From positions 3,818-67,817 of IMG/VR virus record IMGVR_UViG_3300025389_001380: 64,000 nt of DNA. One strand, written 5' to 3'. The notes below the pieces were generated by a model. It was not told the origin of the DNA. It saw only the letters and a program-made list of their open reading frames with translations, and searched no databases. Of the stretch, positions 11,001 through 26,174 are shown one piece after another. Made by a program: the position numbers and the translations under genes. Origin of the DNA: a virus (lineage: Duplodnaviria; Caudoviricetes). The stretch's first letter is position 1, and each line of letters opens with the position of its first letter.

Positions 11001-13089
11001 AAAATTCACCAGTGGCTGTGATGCTGCCATTGCTGGTTATGTTTCCAACTGTTAGGTTGCCAGCTGCATGTATGGTAGTGTTGCTGGTAATAGACGCTGC
11101 AGTCAGCTGACCTGCTGTGCTTACTGTTCCAAGTATTGACAGATCGCCTGCACCGTCCAAAGTCATAACAGGTGTTGTACCACCATACCATTTGAACACG
11201 TAGCCGCTGTTGTTCTGAGGTACACCCATCCACAGCGTGGCAGTGTCTATGCCGATGGCATAATCAGTATTGATAGAGTCAACTTGATCAAACAACACCA
11301 GCTTGCTGCCAGGGCTGCGAGTGTTGAAGCTGGGCGGTGCATAGCCATAGGTTAGAAAATCAATGTAATTTTCTGTGTTGTTATTGAGCGTGAGAGTGCC
11401 ACCACTAATGGTCACGCTGCCATATATCTGTGAACTGCCATCGTTGTACCAATTGCCCACGCTGTCCAGCTGGGCGACCACGCAACCGCCGCCATAGAAG
11501 TTGAAGGAAGCACTGCTTGGTACAGCAAAGGTCATGGCAGGTGTTGTATCGATGCCTATGCTGTATGGCGTATCTACTCCATCATTATAGAGATTGATCT
11601 TGTTACCAGCGCTGCCGAGATAGGGAGTGTCGGCACCATTCATGCCAAAATCTATGAGATTGGCTGTGGCACTATTTAGGCTGATCAAGCCACCGTTGAC
11701 CTCTAGGGTGTTGGTGCTGGTGTCATAGAACAGATTGCCAGTATCACCAGTGAAGGTGTTGGCAGCACCTGCAAACTGCAGTGTACCAGGGTTACCAAAG
11801 CTAGGTGAACCGCCGCCTCCACTGGCCGCTGTGTTCATAAACGTTCCGTCGGCAAAAACGATGCCGCTGATGGTGCTGGCACTGTTGACTATGTAGATGT
11901 TGCCAACTGATTCAGATGAACCGAACACGCTGAGCAGATTGCTGCCAGTTACGGTTGATGTTCCTATACCAATGCTAGGCGAAGTTATCAGGTTATTGGC
12001 TATGACGTTTTGCGTAAACAGCGTGTTCACGCCAATGATGTTGCCGCCTGATCCTGTGGTGGTGATAGTGCCGCCAGTGATGAGATTACCAACCGTGGCA
12101 TTGCCTGTTGCCTGTATGGTAGTGTTGCTGACCAAGCTCTGGGCTATGATCATGCCAGTGGCATCTATGGTGCCGTTGACTTCCAATACTGAATTGGTAT
12201 CGTCCCAGAACAGGGCAGCAGTATCTCCTGCAAACGTGTTGCCTGCTCCGGCAAACTGTATGGTACCAGGATCGCCAAAGCTGGGAGTGTTGGCTGCAGC
12301 AGTGCCTTGGAAGCTGCCATCAGGGAACACGATGCCGCTGGCAGTTGCTGTGTTACCTATGTGTATGTTACCGTACACATCTAATGGATAGTTTACTGAT
12401 GCTGTGCCTATGCCCACGTTGACATTGGCTACCAGGTTGTTGGTCGTTATGGTCTCTGCAGCCTGTATGTAGGTGTTGCTTGTCAGGCTGTTGACCACGA
12501 GATTCTGTATGCCACCAACGTTTGCAAAGAAAACCGTACCACCAACGGTAAAGTCGTTGCTGACGTACAGGCTGCCATATATGTCAGCGTTGCCGTTGAC
12601 AGTCAAGACATTGCCAACGAACGCATTGGCCGTGGCAAAGTTGATACCGCTTACGTTGCCATTGCTGCCCCAGAGATTGATTTGACCAATGGTCCCGTTG
12701 CCGGCAACGCTGATGTTTGCTACATCGAGAGTGAGGTTACCGCTGTCCCAGAAAAGATGGCTGCTATCGCCTGTGAATGTGTTGCTGTTGCCGGCGAACT
12801 GCAGCGTCCCAGGTGGACCATAGCTGGGTGTGTTTTTGGCAGAGGTATACTGTATGCTACCATCAGCAAAGAGATAACCAAATCCCGGCGTACCAACCTG
12901 TATGTTGCCATTGTATACGCCTAGGCCTGTTCCAGCTATGACATTGCTGGTGCCTATTCCCACGTTGCCGCTGATTACAGCGCCGTTGGCTATCTGGGGT
13001 TGGCCAGGACCAACATATGAACCGACCACGAGGTTGCTGGTGACCTGTAGTCCGTTCTTGACTACAAAGTCTTGATTGCGTGCGGCCAC
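5074..13089 (-). CDS. Giant fibre/adhesin-like virion protein (2671 aa), N/G/T/S-rich beta-repeat
   Basis: GTG start. Repeats SNSTIQSAGTATVNAL, NTPSFG-PGT-QFAG and GNVGIGT; C-terminal TAGQT/NG-KL/DYTA-DG modules; ends in an LNDISTAFDG-type domain. Confidence 0.75.
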   Translation of the reverse strand: MAARNQDFVVKNGLQVTSNLVVGSYVGPGQPQIANGAVISGNVGIGTSNVIAGTGLGVYNGNIQVGTPGFGYLFADGSIQYTSAKNTPSYGPPGTLQFAGNSNTFTGDSSHLFWDSGNLTLDVANISVAGNGTIGQINLWGSNGNVSGINFATANAFVGNVLTVNGNADIYGSLYVSNDFTVGGTVFFANVGGIQNLVVNSLTSNTYIQAAETITTNNLVANVNVGIGTASVNYPLDVYGNIHIGNTATASGIVFPDGSFQGTAAANTPSFGDPGTIQFAGAGNTFAGDTAALFWDDTNSVLEVNGTIDATGMIIAQSLVSNTTIQATGNATVGNLITGGTITTTGSGGNIIGVNTLFTQNVIANNLITSPSIGIGTSTVTGSNLLSVFGSSESVGNIYIVNSASTISGIVFADGTFMNTAASGGGGSPSFGNPGTLQFAGAANTFTGDTGNLFYDTSTNTLEVNGGLISLNSATANLIDFGMNGADTPYLGSAGNKINLYNDGVDTPYSIGIDTTPAMTFAVPSSASFNFYGGGCVVAQLDSVGNWYNDGSSQIYGSVTISGGTLTLNNNTENYIDFLTYGYAPPSFNTRSPGSKLVLFDQVDSINTDYAIGIDTATLWMGVPQNNSGYVFKWYGGTTPVMTLDGAGDLSILGTVSTAGQLTAASITSNTTIHAAGNLTVGNITSNGSITATGEFYADGNATITGNLVGYGNTNVFYGRLGIGTSNIKIGDQLTIAGGNLNVASFGTGIFFPDGSFQQSSAGSSAAGFDEYVQFNRNGSFAGQNNFLFNYTTSSLGIGTTAVNNTLSVYGSSPALFNTTNGSDQQLIVGNTAANGAVVGFNSGTQPAYGYLAAAGASTTNIIVTKIGTGIGGITIPVNTLDVGGGTAIGTPYGGVFAAPTDGLIVSGKVGIGTYYPDSPLDVVGNSSFRSNISVANEADVGYLISNAGIQSGGRVIASDIVSNTNITAGTLNAYGNVQVGAVTSNSTIQAAGTATVNALFSNTLISGSNLQITGTSTFANLIVNTNITTNLLNVTSEAYLSDMISNNNITTNTLNTQTVAQVNSLISNTSIQAIGGVTVNSLTSNTNVNAASANVTNNLYAGSLNVNGTAQAQLIISNTDISTQTLGASGTIVGQDIVSNNTIQSAGTATVNALYSNTTVTAGNGLVATAGGLRVTGNTSIAGNAYVSGNLYVGGNIVSVSSDKLNVTAPIIFVANTNPGDVWDLGIVGSYNTSQRYYTGVVRDYINGAWTVFDTATNEPNLTVDWNQAGLTYGGFIAGNINAAGQTASISSGTGAITIFGSGGLGVGGAINAGDQIATTAGLNVGATAIVNALVSNTSIQSSGNAVVAALTSNSTIQSAGTATVNALVSNTSVSASTLQVTNGVVVNSLTSNTFIQAAGLTTTQTFQSNGAATIGGNLVINGNVLITDTTPTLDYNTGALQVAGGVGIGGNVHLQGSLTAGNVYANSASFFGDTITGFGALYAGLPSGFSVLPNNIVEFSGNSNSYVQVNLENISSGTNASSDYIATADNGSDTAYYIDMGINGSAFDAVNAGQTSQYANDGYLIGVGNAAQSGYNGGNLVVGTATPSTVLRLVAGGLMASNIVATFAPTYADITVPVTLQGGIFGNLLVTGNVVAGAITSNSTIQSFGVAQVGELYSNLNIHAIGTITGNALKSNTFVHAIGEVVGGTVNSNSTMQSAGTATVNALYSNTVIQSAGAATFASMNSNGTVVGANIYSNGFVQASGTLTAAAINSNSTIQGAGTATFNNIYSNGFVQGGAFTAASLNSNGAIVGSSITSNSAIQAAGTATVNALISNTAIQAAGIATVNGLYSNTFIQAAGNITAGGLNSNGTIIGSAITSNSTIQAAGTVTVGSLISNANISGANLNIAGTAYAGNVYSNGTIQSAGTATVNALISNIYGVFGQNVTINSTNASISSITGALVVGGGIGAAGNLNIASGTTSTLGGNVGIGTTSSTGVTANVLSVYGSTNLYGNLVLQGTGTSGNVGIFFPDGSYQYTASMGGGTPGGYNTDIQFNNNGVFGGNNNFVYNANLGAVGIGTSYPAYPLDVWGNVHIGDSTGQNNGIVFADGTFLNSALQLSSNTNIQTFTFTATAGQTTFSVYPYTIGGGGLNLTMVFVNGVYQRISTYSWVGTNIVLAVGAPQYARVEIKITVTAALAPTGYAISGSNIFNVTTAGVTMYSAGFTYAPGYLNVFLNGVKLVQGYDYTANDGTNVNFAAAPQIGSIVQLTGWNSGGTTQVQGNNTLLVTVPNVTSYNAGFAYTPGYIDVYSNGVKLISGYDFLATDGATVQFVVPPDVGSVLQFQGWIQGSTIGGLATQRRALYVASGGQSTFLSNGPYAPGYVDVYVNGIKLVYLTDFTATDGSTVNLVNGLSAGANVEIVSSMTFAIGDVVRRSGDIFTGNVGIGTTNNNQAFVVVGNSNFYGNVNIFKPAGGSAMLVSQDGAVFAGNISAGGTLTVNNAAVFNNNVNVTGYGSFGGAGTFGGAGTFGGAGSFAGNLSATGNLAISGASNISGNVNIGGALVFPDGTFQTTANRVLVLNDISTAFDGITTSFNLSIGSTNINIATPQQLLIAVGGAVLAPFITLPDLVDLNEVTIFNRGYKLTNGNTITFARAPSQQQDFSGRILTNVTPINNNVTYPFKALNVAMAD

Positions 13090-13128
13090 TAGTTTCCCTT
13101 TCCACCAATGCCACTGTTATAAGTGTGA

Positions 13129-13135
13129 TATTTAG
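13129..13135 (-). promoter_or_regulatory. Late-type promoter CTAAATA
   Basis: Intergenic, upstream of 13089. Confidence 0.6.
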
Positions 13136-13142
13136 CGCAGGG

Positions 13143-18408
<5,266 letters not shown>

Positions 18409-18423
18409 GGCTAGATAACAGCA

Positions 18424-18873
18424 TCATTGGTTAGCCGATTCCAGCACGCTTACTATGAGCTGCAGGAATCCGCTTGTGGGAGTGGCGCTGGTATCTGTAC
18501 CCGAAACATATAGCTGATCACCTGTTTCCAAGACCAGCTTGCCACCTAACATTAGCCTGCTGTCATTTATGGGACATGGTATATCGTTTACTATAGTGGT
18601 AAAGACAGGTGTCTGGATTATGCTTGGATTGTAAGTGGTTACCAGTCTATAGTGCCAAGCGCTGGCACTGAAAGTGTTGCTGCCGTTGGTGTTGGCTATC
18701 TGCATGTACAGTATGATGCCAGTGGTACCAGGAGGTGCTGTGTATACCCAGTAGGTGTTAGCAGGGCTACCGCTTGGAGGCGTTGGCGTTCCAGGAGGTA
18801 TCGCTGTGTTTGGTGCCAAATACTGCACATATGATGTGACAGTCTTGAACGTGTTTAATGGAATACCGGCCAT
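18424..18873 (-). CDS. Small virion structural protein (149 aa)
   Basis: MAGIPLNTFKTV...GKLVLETGDQL, resembling small myovirus structural proteins; GAGGA SD. Confidence 0.6.
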   Translation of the reverse strand: MAGIPLNTFKTVTSYVQYLAPNTAIPPGTPTPPSGSPANTYWVYTAPPGTTGIILYMQIANTNGSNTFSASAWHYRLVTTYNPSIIQTPVFTTIVNDIPCPINDSRLMLGGKLVLETGDQLYVSGTDTSATPTSGFLQLIVSVLESANQ

Positions 18874-18888
18874 CTTATCTAGTCCTCA

Positions 18889-21800
18889 TTACTGTAGCGC
18901 CAATATGTATGGCGTCATGATTGCAAACAGGCTCTTCTGGAAAGTGCGACCAGACAGCGTTCCTGTGTTTTGATTTATCACCAATTCCGGACCAATCCTG
19001 AAGTTACCAAGATGGTCAGTGGTTGTATAAGCTACCCTGCCACCATTGGTCATCACCACTTCTTTGGCTTGGTCAGGTGGGTTACCAGCCAAACTGCTGG
19101 TCCTAGCTGGTATGCAGCTGGCAATATCTGTGCCAGAACCAACATACTCCATGCAGTGGCTGCTGGTGATGATCCTGCTGACCTGGAACATGTGTATGTC
19201 ACTACCGTCGGCTGGTGTGTAGGGCAGATTCTCATCTAGTACTACCGTGCCTACACCGTCGCCTACGCTGGTGCCATATGTCACTGTGTAATAGATTGGA
19301 TATCCTATTGGTGTAGCAGCTGCAGTCGTACCGCTGGGATTTTCTGGCGGACTGAACACGAAGAAATCGCTCTTGGCTAGATCCTCTGCTGTGTATTGGC
19401 TTCCGCTCACGATGATACCAACCTGCTGTACATAGTAGGTTGGAGAACCAAGATAACTACCACCATCCAATGCCATTATCGGCTGTGCCTGCGCGATGGT
19501 ACCACCGGCAAGTATGAAAGCTTGATACTGTGCGCTGTTGAGATTTACTGAGATGCTAGGCGGTGCAACATAACCGCTGCCGCCTACTGTGACGTTGGCT
19601 GCCTGCACATAATAGTACAGGGTACCTACATAGCATACCTGTCCAACATATGGACGAACATATCCTTGGCTTGGTGCTTTCTCATTGAACAGCGGAAGAT
19701 TGTTAACATACCAAACTCCAGCTGTGCCATTGACGAATCCGGATGGAGCAGAAGCGTTGTCTATGTTGCACACATACTGCTCGTCGCTCATGCCGTCGGC
19801 CCAGAGGCCATAGTTACCAAAGTCGGTGTTTGAGTTGGTAATTGAGCAAGTACCGCCACTCTGCACCAACACGCCTATGTTACAGCAGATCTCGAAGATA
19901 GACACCAGCTGTGCATATCCACCGTTCTTGATCACGATGCCGTTGCCACCGTGATTCAGTGCATTGACATCATAGGTGCCCAATGGCACCGGCACAGGTG
20001 TGTAACCGATCTCGTTGTACTGCGTGAAAGCATCTAGAACCATGCTGTTCAGACCAGATCCACGATATGGCAGCACGCTCTTGAAAGGAACAAACGTGAA
20101 AGGTCCACCTTGGCTTGTGAATTTGAGATTGTATAGCGGATATGTCAGTCCTGGGTTGCTGAGAGGATATGGCCAAGACGTACCTGGCAGAGGCTGTGCA
20201 AACTCTATCAACCATGCATTGTTGCCGTTCTCGCCCTGATATCCAGGCAGATATGTCACGCTGCTGATCGACGTGCCAGGTCCTGTGGTGTTCCATATGG
20301 TGGGTGCCACACTTGGACCGTTGGCCACTATGTTCTCCACGGTGGAGAATAGCTGGTTCACAAACTGCACTACCACGTTGCCGCCAATGAACACGTTGTC
20401 TATGACCTGTACCACGTTGCTCTGATACAGAGGAGTTGTCTGCGTGTTGTTAAGCACGTTCACTGCCAACTGGTTAGCATAAGCAAAAGCGTTAACGGTC
20501 TGCGGGATCTCTCCGGGTATGACGCTGCTTGCGCCATTCCAATAGAACAGAGCATCTGTCACGCTCTGTCCGTTACCAAGATGATAGGTGTCATATGTGA
20601 TGGCATCCCAGAGATAACCAACGTCTCTGTAGCACAGGGCTTCTAGCTGCGGTGTGTACAGAGTGTCTGGATACATGGTCTTGACGAATGCAACCACTTC
20701 GTTCTGTGCAAATTGCCTGTTGCTCTGCATCAAGGTCTGACCATTGGCCAAGGGATTGACCTTAGGACCAGTCTGCATGATCTCAAGTATGATGTTGTAG
20801 TCAGTAGCCACCATGGTTTGCGCAATGATGCCACCGCCTCCGAGGAATGGATAGAATACTTGAGGTACCGATATATCGTATATTGGACTGAATGAGGTAT
20901 TGCTGATAACTGCCTGTGCTATCTGGCTGGCAAATGCCACGCCTGCCACGCATATTGGCAGCGTGCTTGGGCTCAGAACGCTAACGGGACCATTAGCTGT
21001 CTCTGTCCAAAAATAGCTACCAGACTTGAAAGCCTGATCGTAGTTGCTGTTCTGCAGATCTCTGACCACGCCATCTGTGATATAACCTATGTCTCTGGCA
21101 CTGGTGCTGCTGACAGGATAGCTGAACTCAGCAGCCATGTATGCTACGACCTGCGCCTGTATGAATGGTATGTTGGCTTTAAGCAGCGTTGCTGCATTGA
21201 CGAAATCATCATACGCCGGGCTCTGCAGATACCATCCGCCTATCACGGTCTCACCAAACCCAGGGCTGGTATTGTTGAGTATTATCGCACTGGTGCTGGT
21301 CAACACGTTGTCAAAGGTGTAGACATCTACTTCGTTGTAGTCAAATTCATCTAGCGAATATGTGTATGCAGGATTGCCGTTCAGCGTGGTCGTACCTACG
21401 CTGGTTACCACAGCAGGACTGCCTTCTATGCCGCTCTGCAACAACCAACCAACGTCCACGTTACCTGCCCAGGTTGGTGCATACGCTTGATAGAACACAG
21501 CAGTATTACCGCTGGTCCATGTGTTCATGGTAGGCACTATCACGTTGCCAAAGTCTGGTGAACTCAGCTTGCGACCACGCACACCATCTACGATCATGCC
21601 AGTGCCGGCTTCGCTGACCTGCACATTGCCTTCAAACTTACCCAGTGTGATGCTGCTGCAATTTTGTACGTATGGGCTGGCCCAATCATGCAGCTCATGT
21701 ATCACTGTGGTACCGTTCTCAGGGAATTGCACGGCTGCTGCAGGATACTGATGGCCACGGAAGGTCATGCCGTAGAGATATGTCTTGGGGTTAAGCCAGA

Positions 21801-23064
21801 AGATATCCAGTGTTGGATTCAGCGGAGTGACCGTGACAGAACGCAGGTTGTCACCGAACACAGTGATACCGCTGTGCACCAAGATTGGATTTGGCTCTTC
21901 GTAGACACCAGCACGAACATATATGGTCACATAGATCCATGGGGTGCTGGGATTAGCTATGAGCAGCGCAGCAGCAGCGCAGGCGCTGGCTATGGTGCGC
22001 TTGGCTCGATCTTCTGCCAGGCCCGTGTTTGAATCGTCGCCATCTACCGTAACATACATCACGCCTGTCACGTGAGGTGCAGTGCGATGTGCTATGCCCT
22101 GCACGTATAGATCATTTGACACATACACGCCACCATCTGCCGGTGTCTGCAACACCAAGTTAGCAGATGCCAGCCTGTTGCGTATGACATCATTGACTAT
22201 CTGCGTGTTTTGGCTGGTTATGGCATTGACATTTAGCACGTTGTCCGTGCCCCAAGTGAACAAGCTGCTGCCGCCAAACACGTTGGCACCGGCATTGAAC
22301 TGAACGCTGCGCACAGGCGGAGCAGGTATGCCTATGCCAGTTGGTCCAGTTACACCCGTAGGTCCGGTGATACCAGTCGGGCCTGTGTACCCCGTTGGAC
22401 CTGTTTCTCCCGTAGGACCAGTTGGACCTGTGTCTCCCGTAGGACCTGTGGGTCCTGTTTCTCCTGTGGGACCAGTTGGACCTGTGGTAGCAGAAGTTGG
22501 ACCCGTTGGACCAGTTACCGTTGAGGTTGGACCAGTTGGTCCAGGAATACCTGGAAAACCCTGCTGCCCTGGCACGCCTTGCATGCCCAGAGGACCAGTA
22601 GGACCAGTAGGACCATTTGCAGGACCTGTTGGTCCCGTGATTTGGCTGGCTGCACCAGTTGGCCCTGTAGGGCCTACGGGATACCAGTTGGTGCTGTTGA
22701 AATATTCTATCTGATTCGTATCAGTATTATAGCGTATCTGTCCCACGACTGGCGGCGGACGTTGGCCTGTATCACCAACCGGCAGCACCACAGCGCTGGT
22801 GCCAGGGAATGTCAGCTGATAGTTTTGATCGCTGGTCTGAAACTGCGTGACCAACGTGACGCTGCCTGCAGCTAAGTTGCCAGTCTGTGCTGTGTAGACA
22901 GGTCCTGTGATACCTATCGTGGAAGCGGTGATGCTGTTGATAGCTGCATTTGCCGCTATGAAATTCTGCTGGATGGCAGCGAAGTTGTCCCTGAAGCCTT
23001 GGCTATCATTGTCTTGATTGGCTACTGGAAACTGCGTATTGATGGTATTTGGGTCAATGGCCAT
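18889..23064 (-). CDS. Virion structural protein with short collagen stretch and beta-helix-like domain (1391 aa)
   Basis: GPT run at about aa 130-245. Motifs [34 protein letters not shown] and [18 protein letters not shown] resemble cyanophage-type structural proteins. Confidence 0.75.
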   Translation of the reverse strand: MAIDPNTINTQFPVANQDNDSQGFRDNFAAIQQNFIAANAAINSITASTIGITGPVYTAQTGNLAAGSVTLVTQFQTSDQNYQLTFPGTSAVVLPVGDTGQRPPPVVGQIRYNTDTNQIEYFNSTNWYPVGPTGPTGAASQITGPTGPANGPTGPTGPLGMQGVPGQQGFPGIPGPTGPTSTVTGPTGPTSATTGPTGPTGETGPTGPTGDTGPTGPTGETGPTGYTGPTGITGPTGVTGPTGIGIPAPPVRSVQFNAGANVFGGSSLFTWGTDNVLNVNAITSQNTQIVNDVIRNRLASANLVLQTPADGGVYVSNDLYVQGIAHRTAPHVTGVMYVTVDGDDSNTGLAEDRAKRTIASACAAAALLIANPSTPWIYVTIYVRAGVYEEPNPILVHSGITVFGDNLRSVTVTPLNPTLDIFWLNPKTYLYGMTFRGHQYPAAAVQFPENGTTVIHELHDWASPYVQNCSSITLGKFEGNVQVSEAGTGMIVDGVRGRKLSSPDFGNVIVPTMNTWTSGNTAVFYQAYAPTWAGNVDVGWLLQSGIEGSPAVVTSVGTTTLNGNPAYTYSLDEFDYNEVDVYTFDNVLTSTSAIILNNTSPGFGETVIGGWYLQSPAYDDFVNAATLLKANIPFIQAQVVAYMAAEFSYPVSSTSARDIGYITDGVVRDLQNSNYDQAFKSGSYFWTETANGPVSVLSPSTLPICVAGVAFASQIAQAVISNTSFSPIYDISVPQVFYPFLGGGGIIAQTMVATDYNIILEIMQTGPKVNPLANGQTLMQSNRQFAQNEVVAFVKTMYPDTLYTPQLEALCYRDVGYLWDAITYDTYHLGNGQSVTDALFYWNGASSVIPGEIPQTVNAFAYANQLAVNVLNNTQTTPLYQSNVVQVIDNVFIGGNVVVQFVNQLFSTVENIVANGPSVAPTIWNTTGPGTSISSVTYLPGYQGENGNNAWLIEFAQPLPGTSWPYPLSNPGLTYPLYNLKFTSQGGPFTFVPFKSVLPYRGSGLNSMVLDAFTQYNEIGYTPVPVPLGTYDVNALNHGGNGIVIKNGGYAQLVSIFEICCNIGVLVQSGGTCSITNSNTDFGNYGLWADGMSDEQYVCNIDNASAPSGFVNGTAGVWYVNNLPLFNEKAPSQGYVRPYVGQVCYVGTLYYYVQAANVTVGGSGYVAPPSISVNLNSAQYQAFILAGGTIAQAQPIMALDGGSYLGSPTYYVQQVGIIVSGSQYTAEDLAKSDFFVFSPPENPSGTTAAATPIGYPIYYTVTYGTSVGDGVGTVVLDENLPYTPADGSDIHMFQVSRIITSSHCMEYVGSGTDIASCIPARTSSLAGNPPDQAKEVVMTNGGRVAYTTTDHLGNFRIGPELVINQNTGTLSGRTFQKSLFAIMTPYILALQ

Positions 23065-23091
23065 GGGTGCTGATCATCCGAAATCTGCGTG

Positions 23092-23098
23092 TATTTAG
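23092..23098 (-). promoter_or_regulatory. Late-type promoter CTAAATA
   Basis: Upstream of 23064; divergent from the ATAAATA at 23146. Confidence 0.6.
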
Positions 23099-23145
23099 CG
23101 ATTAGCAGCACTGGTGTTGCTGTGCTGTCATTTGAGCAGTGCACC

Positions 23146-23152
23146 ATAAATA
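23146..23152 (+). promoter_or_regulatory. Late-type promoter ATAAATA
   Basis: Upstream of phoH. Confidence 0.55.
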
Positions 23153-23182
23153 TTGCTAGTCAAAAACCCAGGGAGGCATCAT

Positions 23183-23950
23183 TTGGCTAAACGTGCAAGG
23201 CGCTCGGCAACTCGAGCATCATACGCTGAACTAGAATACGGCAGAGGCACACACCATACACAACACGGAAATGTAGTGAGAATAGAACAGTTCCAACGAA
23301 GTCCCCAAACTAGGCAGCGGATCAAGCTGCTACCTAAGAACCTAGCCCAGGAAGCTTACATAGAAGCACTGGAAGATCCTTCAATCAACATGGTATTCGC
23401 ATTAGGCTACGCTGGATCAGGCAAGACCTATCTGGCCACGCTGTATGCCATACAACAGCTGCAGTCACGAGCAGTAAGCAAGGTGGTCATTACACGGCCA
23501 AACATCGCAGTTGATGACAAGGACATAGGGTTCTTACCGGGCGACATCCTCAAAAAGATGGCTCCGTGGACCAAACCGGTGTTAGACGTGTTTGAAGAAC
23601 ACTTTGGCATGAAAGAGATCGCTCACATGATAGAGGAAGGTACCATTGAGCTGGTACCGGTGGCCTATCTTCGTGGACGGACCTTCAAGAACGCCATAGT
23701 GATCCTAGACGAAGCACAGAACACGACTCGCAACAGCATGCTTAGCGCTCTGACTCGCATAGGTGAGGGTACGAAGATGATCATAACCGGCGACGTACGC
23801 CAGAGTGATCGTGGCAAGGATAACGGTTTAACTGACTTTATCGCTCGCTTTGACGGCACTCCTAGCATAGCAGTCTGCCATTTTGACAAGGACAGCGTGG
23901 AACGCCATCCTGTGATCACTGACATATTGCGCATGTACGGCGAAGAATAA
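23183..23950 (+). CDS. phoH: PhoH-family ATPase
   Basis: GYAGSGKT Walker A, RGRTF, ILDEAQN, GDVRQSD and RHPVI motifs. TTG start chosen after GGGAGG SD (track starts at 23153). Confidence 0.93.
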   Translation: MAKRARRSATRASYAELEYGRGTHHTQHGNVVRIEQFQRSPQTRQRIKLLPKNLAQEAYIEALEDPSINMVFALGYAGSGKTYLATLYAIQQLQSRAVSKVVITRPNIAVDDKDIGFLPGDILKKMAPWTKPVLDVFEEHFGMKEIAHMIEEGTIELVPVAYLRGRTFKNAIVILDEAQNTTRNSMLSALTRIGEGTKMIITGDVRQSDRGKDNGLTDFIARFDGTPSIAVCHFDKDSVERHPVITDILRMYGEE

Positions 23951-23971
23951 CCAGACACTGCTGCGGCATGG

Positions 23972-23978
23972 ATAAATA
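23972..23978 (+). promoter_or_regulatory. Late-type promoter ATAAATA inside a 10-bp inverted repeat
   Basis: gcggcatgga-taaatatc-tccatgccgc (23963-23990); ATG 23984 follows 5 nt after the motif with no SD. Confidence 0.6.
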
Positions 23979-23983
23979 TCTCC

Positions 23984-24496
23984 ATGCCGCACATTCACGA
24001 TAGCAAATCAGCCCAGGAAGCAGTAAACAGGATCACTGACAGTGAGGACCTAACTGACATCCTCATTGACATAGAGAACTATCTCGACAGCAATAATCTC
24101 TATGTTTACAAGAACTGGATACACGGCGAAGTGGTAGCAGGACCATTCACCAAGCCATACTGGATCAAGATCACTCTCAAGTATCCCTACAAGCAGATGC
24201 CAGATCCAGAAGGTGGCCTTCGCTTGCTGCAGCATGGGACAAAGATAAACTTCAAGATAGCTGAAGAAGAAGTGCCGATCAAGGTCAAGAGCGAAAGCGA
24301 TTACCAACCTGGTACCAAGAAGCCCAAGATGAAGAAGGTTAAGATCTGGCTAATAGACATGCTGATCCCTCGCAAGTTCGTGCGCAATCTAGACAACGAA
24401 GTCATGGATCAATACGAAGAAGAGGTTGATGTTGATACCGTTGATGATGCAGAAGCAGAAGGCATTGACAGCGAAAAGGCAGTGAAGCAGCAATGA
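23984..24496 (+). CDS. Conserved phage hypothetical protein (170 aa)
   Basis: Full ORF with phage-typical codon usage and an acidic C-terminus; ATGA-coupled to the next gene. Confidence 0.75.
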   Translation: MPHIHDSKSAQEAVNRITDSEDLTDILIDIENYLDSNNLYVYKNWIHGEVVAGPFTKPYWIKITLKYPYKQMPDPEGGLRLLQHGTKINFKIAEEEVPIKVKSESDYQPGTKKPKMKKVKIWLIDMLIPRKFVRNLDNEVMDQYEEEVDVDTVDDAEAEGIDSEKAVKQQ

Positions 24497-25311
24497 GCAA
24501 GCTGACAGAAGGTCTCACCCGCCATGCGCTAGAATATCTAGTCATGCCCATGGTTACCATTGACGAGTTTGAAAGCAAGATAGATGATCGCCGTGTCATA
24601 GTCACGGGTTTTTATGTCACTGACCAAGATCCTGCTGTGGATCTCAGCATCTTCATCGAGAAGAGCAGCATACGTCCGCTGGACACAGAAGTCAGTCCTG
24701 CTCCAACAGATGACGGTTACTATTTGGTATTCGTAGAGATGACACGCAACGAGGAGTTTCCCACGCGCCTAGTACAGATGTGCGATCAGGTCAGCAACCT
24801 TACTGATACCAAGAAATGGCAGTTCCATCCATACGGTGCACCAGAAGGTGAATTTTATGATCTAACCGAGGAAAACATACGCAAGCATGTAAACCTTGAT
24901 CAGAGCAGCGTGGAAGTCAAGGATGAGCCCGAGTCTGAGAAACCAGGTCCACAGGCACAGGTAAGCGAACCAGCTGCCAAAGCAGAGGGAGAACCAGCTA
25001 CCGTGGCAGAACCAACTGCAGAAAGCATTGGCGCATTTTTTGCCAACAGCTTGGTTGAAAACGTGGAAGTGCGCGGCGAATGGTTGCGCATAACTGACGC
25101 AGGTCAGCAGCGAGTGTACAAGATCACTGGTTACAAGCAGGGCGATCATGCCCAGATGCCTGTGTTTGGACTGAACATAGGCAGCCCAGTGCTGCGAGAA
25201 AGCATAGCACTGCAGAAGATGCTGGGCACCGGATACTGGGTGGACTGTGTAGACGATCACGTGACCATCACGGACGGCGATCACCATCTCATATTGGCGG
25301 TTGACGCCTAA
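24493..25311 (+). CDS. Conserved phage hypothetical protein (272 aa)
   Basis: Translationally coupled to the previous gene; has a P/E/A-rich linker. Confidence 0.75.
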   Translation: MSKLTEGLTRHALEYLVMPMVTIDEFESKIDDRRVIVTGFYVTDQDPAVDLSIFIEKSSIRPLDTEVSPAPTDDGYYLVFVEMTRNEEFPTRLVQMCDQVSNLTDTKKWQFHPYGAPEGEFYDLTEENIRKHVNLDQSSVEVKDEPESEKPGPQAQVSEPAAKAEGEPATVAEPTAESIGAFFANSLVENVEVRGEWLRITDAGQQRVYKITGYKQGDHAQMPVFGLNIGSPVLRESIALQKMLGTGYWVDCVDDHVTITDGDHHLILAVDA

Positions 25312-25328
25312 GCAATCTGTGCTATACT
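25301..25328 (+). promoter_or_regulatory. Sigma70-type promoter TTGACG-N16-TATACT
   Basis: Matches the TTGACR-N13-TGCTANNNT family. Confidence 0.7.
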
Positions 25329-25347
25329 GGCATGGTAACAGGAAACC

Positions 25348-25890
25348 ATGCAGATGAAGCGTTATCTCAGCTACGCAGATGTAAATTCACAAGTTTTATC
25401 AATAGCCCAGCAGATCACTGTTGACGGGTGGAAACCAGATTATGTGGTAGGACTTACCCGAGGCGGACTGCTGCCAGCTGTGTTGCTAAGTCATTGGTTT
25501 AACGTGCCTTGTCACACGCTTAAGGTCAGTTTACGCGACGATGGTACAGAAAACGAAAGCAACTGGTGGATGGCCGAAGATGCTTTTGGTTACGATGAGA
25601 AGTTTCCAACAGAAGGCAATCCGCCCAAAAAGATCCTAATCGTGGACGACATCAACGACACTGGGGCAACTTTGGAATGGATCAAGAAAGATTGGCGCAG
25701 CACCTGCTTGCCAGATAATCCAAACTGGGACCATGTGTGGCACGGCAACGTGCGTTTCGCTGTATTGGTAAACAATCTTGCCAGCGAGACCAAGGTAGAT
25801 TATGCAGCCATGGAAATCAACAAGGCCGAGCAGGATGTTTGGATTGAATTTCCATATGAGAACTGGTGGACCACTTCTACTTCACAATGA
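25348..25890 (+). CDS. Type I phosphoribosyltransferase (purine PRT-like)
   Basis: VVGLTRGGLLPA and the PRPP-binding loop ILIVDDINDTGATL. Confidence 0.88.
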   Translation: MQMKRYLSYADVNSQVLSIAQQITVDGWKPDYVVGLTRGGLLPAVLLSHWFNVPCHTLKVSLRDDGTENESNWWMAEDAFGYDEKFPTEGNPPKKILIVDDINDTGATLEWIKKDWRSTCLPDNPNWDHVWHGNVRFAVLVNNLASETKVDYAAMEINKAEQDVWIEFPYENWWTTSTSQ

Positions 25891-25972
25891 ATTTGGCAGC
25901 GACAATCGTTGCGGCTAAAATGTAAAGCCGGGCTGTTCCGGTAACCCTTCAATAGCATAAAGAGAACCAGAG

Positions 25973-26167
25973 ATGGACAAGAAACACGATATCAAGCAAC
26001 GTGCAGCAGACGGCAAATGGGTTGTTTGGACTCAGGTAGATGATCCCGAAGCAGACTTGGACTACTATCGCAAGAGTGGGTTACCGATCCCACAGCGCTG
26101 GGTTCCCATCGCAGTGGAAGCCACGGAAGAGGAAGCTAAGGCAGCTAGCCGCCGCAGCCGCATCTGA
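25973..26167 (+). CDS. Hypothetical protein (64 aa)
   Basis: Fills the gap before the bidirectional terminator. Confidence 0.6.
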   Translation: MDKKHDIKQRAADGKWVVWTQVDDPEADLDYYRKSGLPIPQRWVPIAVEATEEEAKAASRRSRI

Positions 26168-26174
26168 TATCGAG

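Noticed and set aside
25891-25960. Three small adjacent hairpins after the PRT gene (gcagcga/tcgttgc, cggct/agccg, gctgtt/aatagc)
   Set aside because: Short stems that depend on G-U pairs, no tRNA cloverleaf (no TTC-A T-loop or acceptor stem) and no riboswitch consensus I can match; too weak to call without covariation data.
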